Below the pieces are notes generated by a model. That model had not been told where the DNA came from. It saw nothing but the letters and a program-made list of their open reading frames with translations, and did no database searches. The translations under genes and the position numbers were made by a program. Below are positions 62,197 through 64,000 of a DNA stretch of 64,000 nt, piece after piece. This DNA comes from the human T2T-CHM13v2.0 reference genome, Homo sapiens. Location of the stretch: NCBI RefSeq assembly GCF_009914755.1, contig NC_060928.1, one strand, 5' to 3'. The stretch's first letter is position 1. Every line of letters starts with the position of its first letter.

Positions 62197-62315
62197 GGCC
62201 AAGCATGGTGGCTGACACCTGTAATCCCAGCACTTTGTGAGGCCAAGGCAAAAAGGTCACTTCAGGCCAGGAGTTAACGACCAGCCTCGGTAACATGGCA
62301 AAACTCCGTCTCCGT

Positions 62316-62346
<31 letters not shown>

Positions 62347-62731
62347 CACACACACACACATATATATATACACACACACACACATATATATACACACATA
62401 TATATACACACATATATATATACACACACATATATATACACACATATATATACACATATATATACACATATATACACATATATACACACATATATATACA
62501 CACATATATATACACACATATATATACACACACATATATACACATATATATACACATATATATACACATATATACACATATATACACATATATATACACA
62601 CATATATATACACACATATATACACACATATATACACACATATATACACATATATATACACACATATATATACACATATATATACACATATATATATACA
62701 CATATATATATACACATATATATATATACAC

Positions 62732-62770
<39 letters not shown>

Positions 62771-62960
62771 CTCATATATATACAGAGAGAGAGAGAGAGA
62801 AAATTAGCCAGGCATGGTGGTGCACACCTGTAGTCCCAGCTACTGGGGAGGATGAGGCAGGAGAATCCCTTGAGCCCTGGGAGGTCTAGGCTGCAGTGAG
62901 ACGAAATGGTACCACTGTACTCTAGCCTAAGTGATAGAGCGAGACCCTGTCTCAAAAAAA
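62197..62960 (+). mobile_element. AluJ with microsatellite-expanded linker
   Basis: Left arm 62197-62315, right arm 62801-62960. Confidence 0.92.
62316..62800. repeat. Compound A17 / (TA,CA)n / (AG)n microsatellite
   Basis: About 440 nt of purine-pyrimidine alternation (tatatacacaca units). Confidence 0.97.
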
Positions 62961-63271
62961 GGAAGGAACAGAGGAAGGGAGGAAGGGAGGAAAAGAAAGG
63001 AAGGGAGGGAGGGAGGGAGGGAGGGAGGAAGGAAAGAAGGAAGGAAAGAAGGAAGGAAGGAAAGAAGGGAGGGAGGAAGGAAGGAAAGAAGGGAGGGAGG
63101 AAGGAAAGAAGGGAGGGAGGAAGGAAAGAAGGAAGGAAGGAAAGAAGGGAGGGAGGAAGGAAGGAAAGAAGGGAGGGAGGAAGGAAGGAGGGAGGGAAAG
63201 AAGGAAAGAATGGAGGGAGGAAGGAAAAAAGGAAGGAAGAAAGGGAGGGAGGGAGGGAAGGAAGGAAGGAA
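62961..63271 (+). repeat. (GGAA/GGGA/GAAA)n polypurine repeat
   Basis: About 310 nt with only 2 pyrimidines. Confidence 0.97.
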
Positions 63272-63412
63272 TCCTCAATAGTTACACTTACTGTTTATAG
63301 GGTGAAACTCAAACTCCAAGCCCTTTTCCATGGCATCTCGCCCTCTCACCATCTGATCTTAGCCCAACCCTCTAGACCTTCCTTACGGGATCTGAATATC
63401 AAAACAGTCAGG

Positions 63413-63808
63413 ACTGCATGACTTCACTTTACTTATACGTGGAATCTTAAAAAGTTGAACTCATAGAAGTAGTGAGGAGAATGTTGGTTACCAGAGGCAG
63501 GGGGGATGATGGGCAGGGCGGTTGGAATAGTTGACCAAAGAGTACAAAGTTCCCGTGAGACAGGAGGAATCCGTTTTCAGATCTACTGGACAGCAAGGTG
63601 ACCATAACTAATAATAATGTAGTGGATATTTCAACATCGCTAAAAAGAATAGATGTTAAATGTTCTCACCACAAAAATATGGCAAGTATGTGAGGTGATG
63701 GATATATTACTCAGGTCGATACTGTATAATCATTCCACAATGTATTCATATATATAAACATCACATTGTGCCCCATATATATACAATTATTATTTGTCGA
63801 TTAAAAAT
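63413..63808 (+). mobile_element. L1MA 3' end
   Basis: aagttgaactcatagaagtag...gttctcaccacaaaaa...aacatcacattgtgcccca. Confidence 0.88.
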
Positions 63809-64000
63809 GATTGATTTTCAGGTAGAAGAGTCTTGACTGTGTCCAGTGCTTAACTCTGCAGCCTAAGCATCCCAGAGGGAGTGCTCGCTCTCAGAGAGCC
63901 GGGGCCGAGGCTGCAAGTCTCCTAGGGTCCAGCCACCTGGCATAGCCCAGGCACTCAGGAACAATAGCTGACACTGAACATGTGAATATGAACTCAGATG

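Noticed and set aside
62162-63421. Longest ORFs (147-232 aa)
   Set aside because: Read through microsatellites and Alu arms, which lack stops in some frames

Overview
Repeat-rich primate (human-like) genomic DNA with no credible protein-coding exon. The ORF track is explained by Alu, L1, microsatellite and chance ORFs. The one clear genic signal is an 80-nt non-coding exon on + (3532-3611; tag| ... AAG|GTAAGT). From memory it matches the 5' UTR exon of TENM3 (teneurin-3, chr4q35), which would make the rest of the window a very long 5' intron; this is unverified. Repeats include about 35 Alu copies or fragments (many with TSDs), L1MA/L1MB/L1ME fragments, L2, MIR, MaLR LTRs (MST, MLT1), hAT elements (MER20, MER1B, MER58A/B, MER81, MER102, ORSL) and microsatellites. 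Subfamily calls come from remembered consensus sequences and are approximate. I see no new multi-gene biological system. The best second-look signals are several template-switch or templated-insertion scars, a CpG-retaining MST LTR with DUX4 and E-box motifs, an AluJ expanded to about 1.1 kb by two microsatellites, a near-abutting inverted Alu pair, a tandem acceptor that would add a uORF, candidate recursive splice sites and microexons, and a strong CTCF motif.
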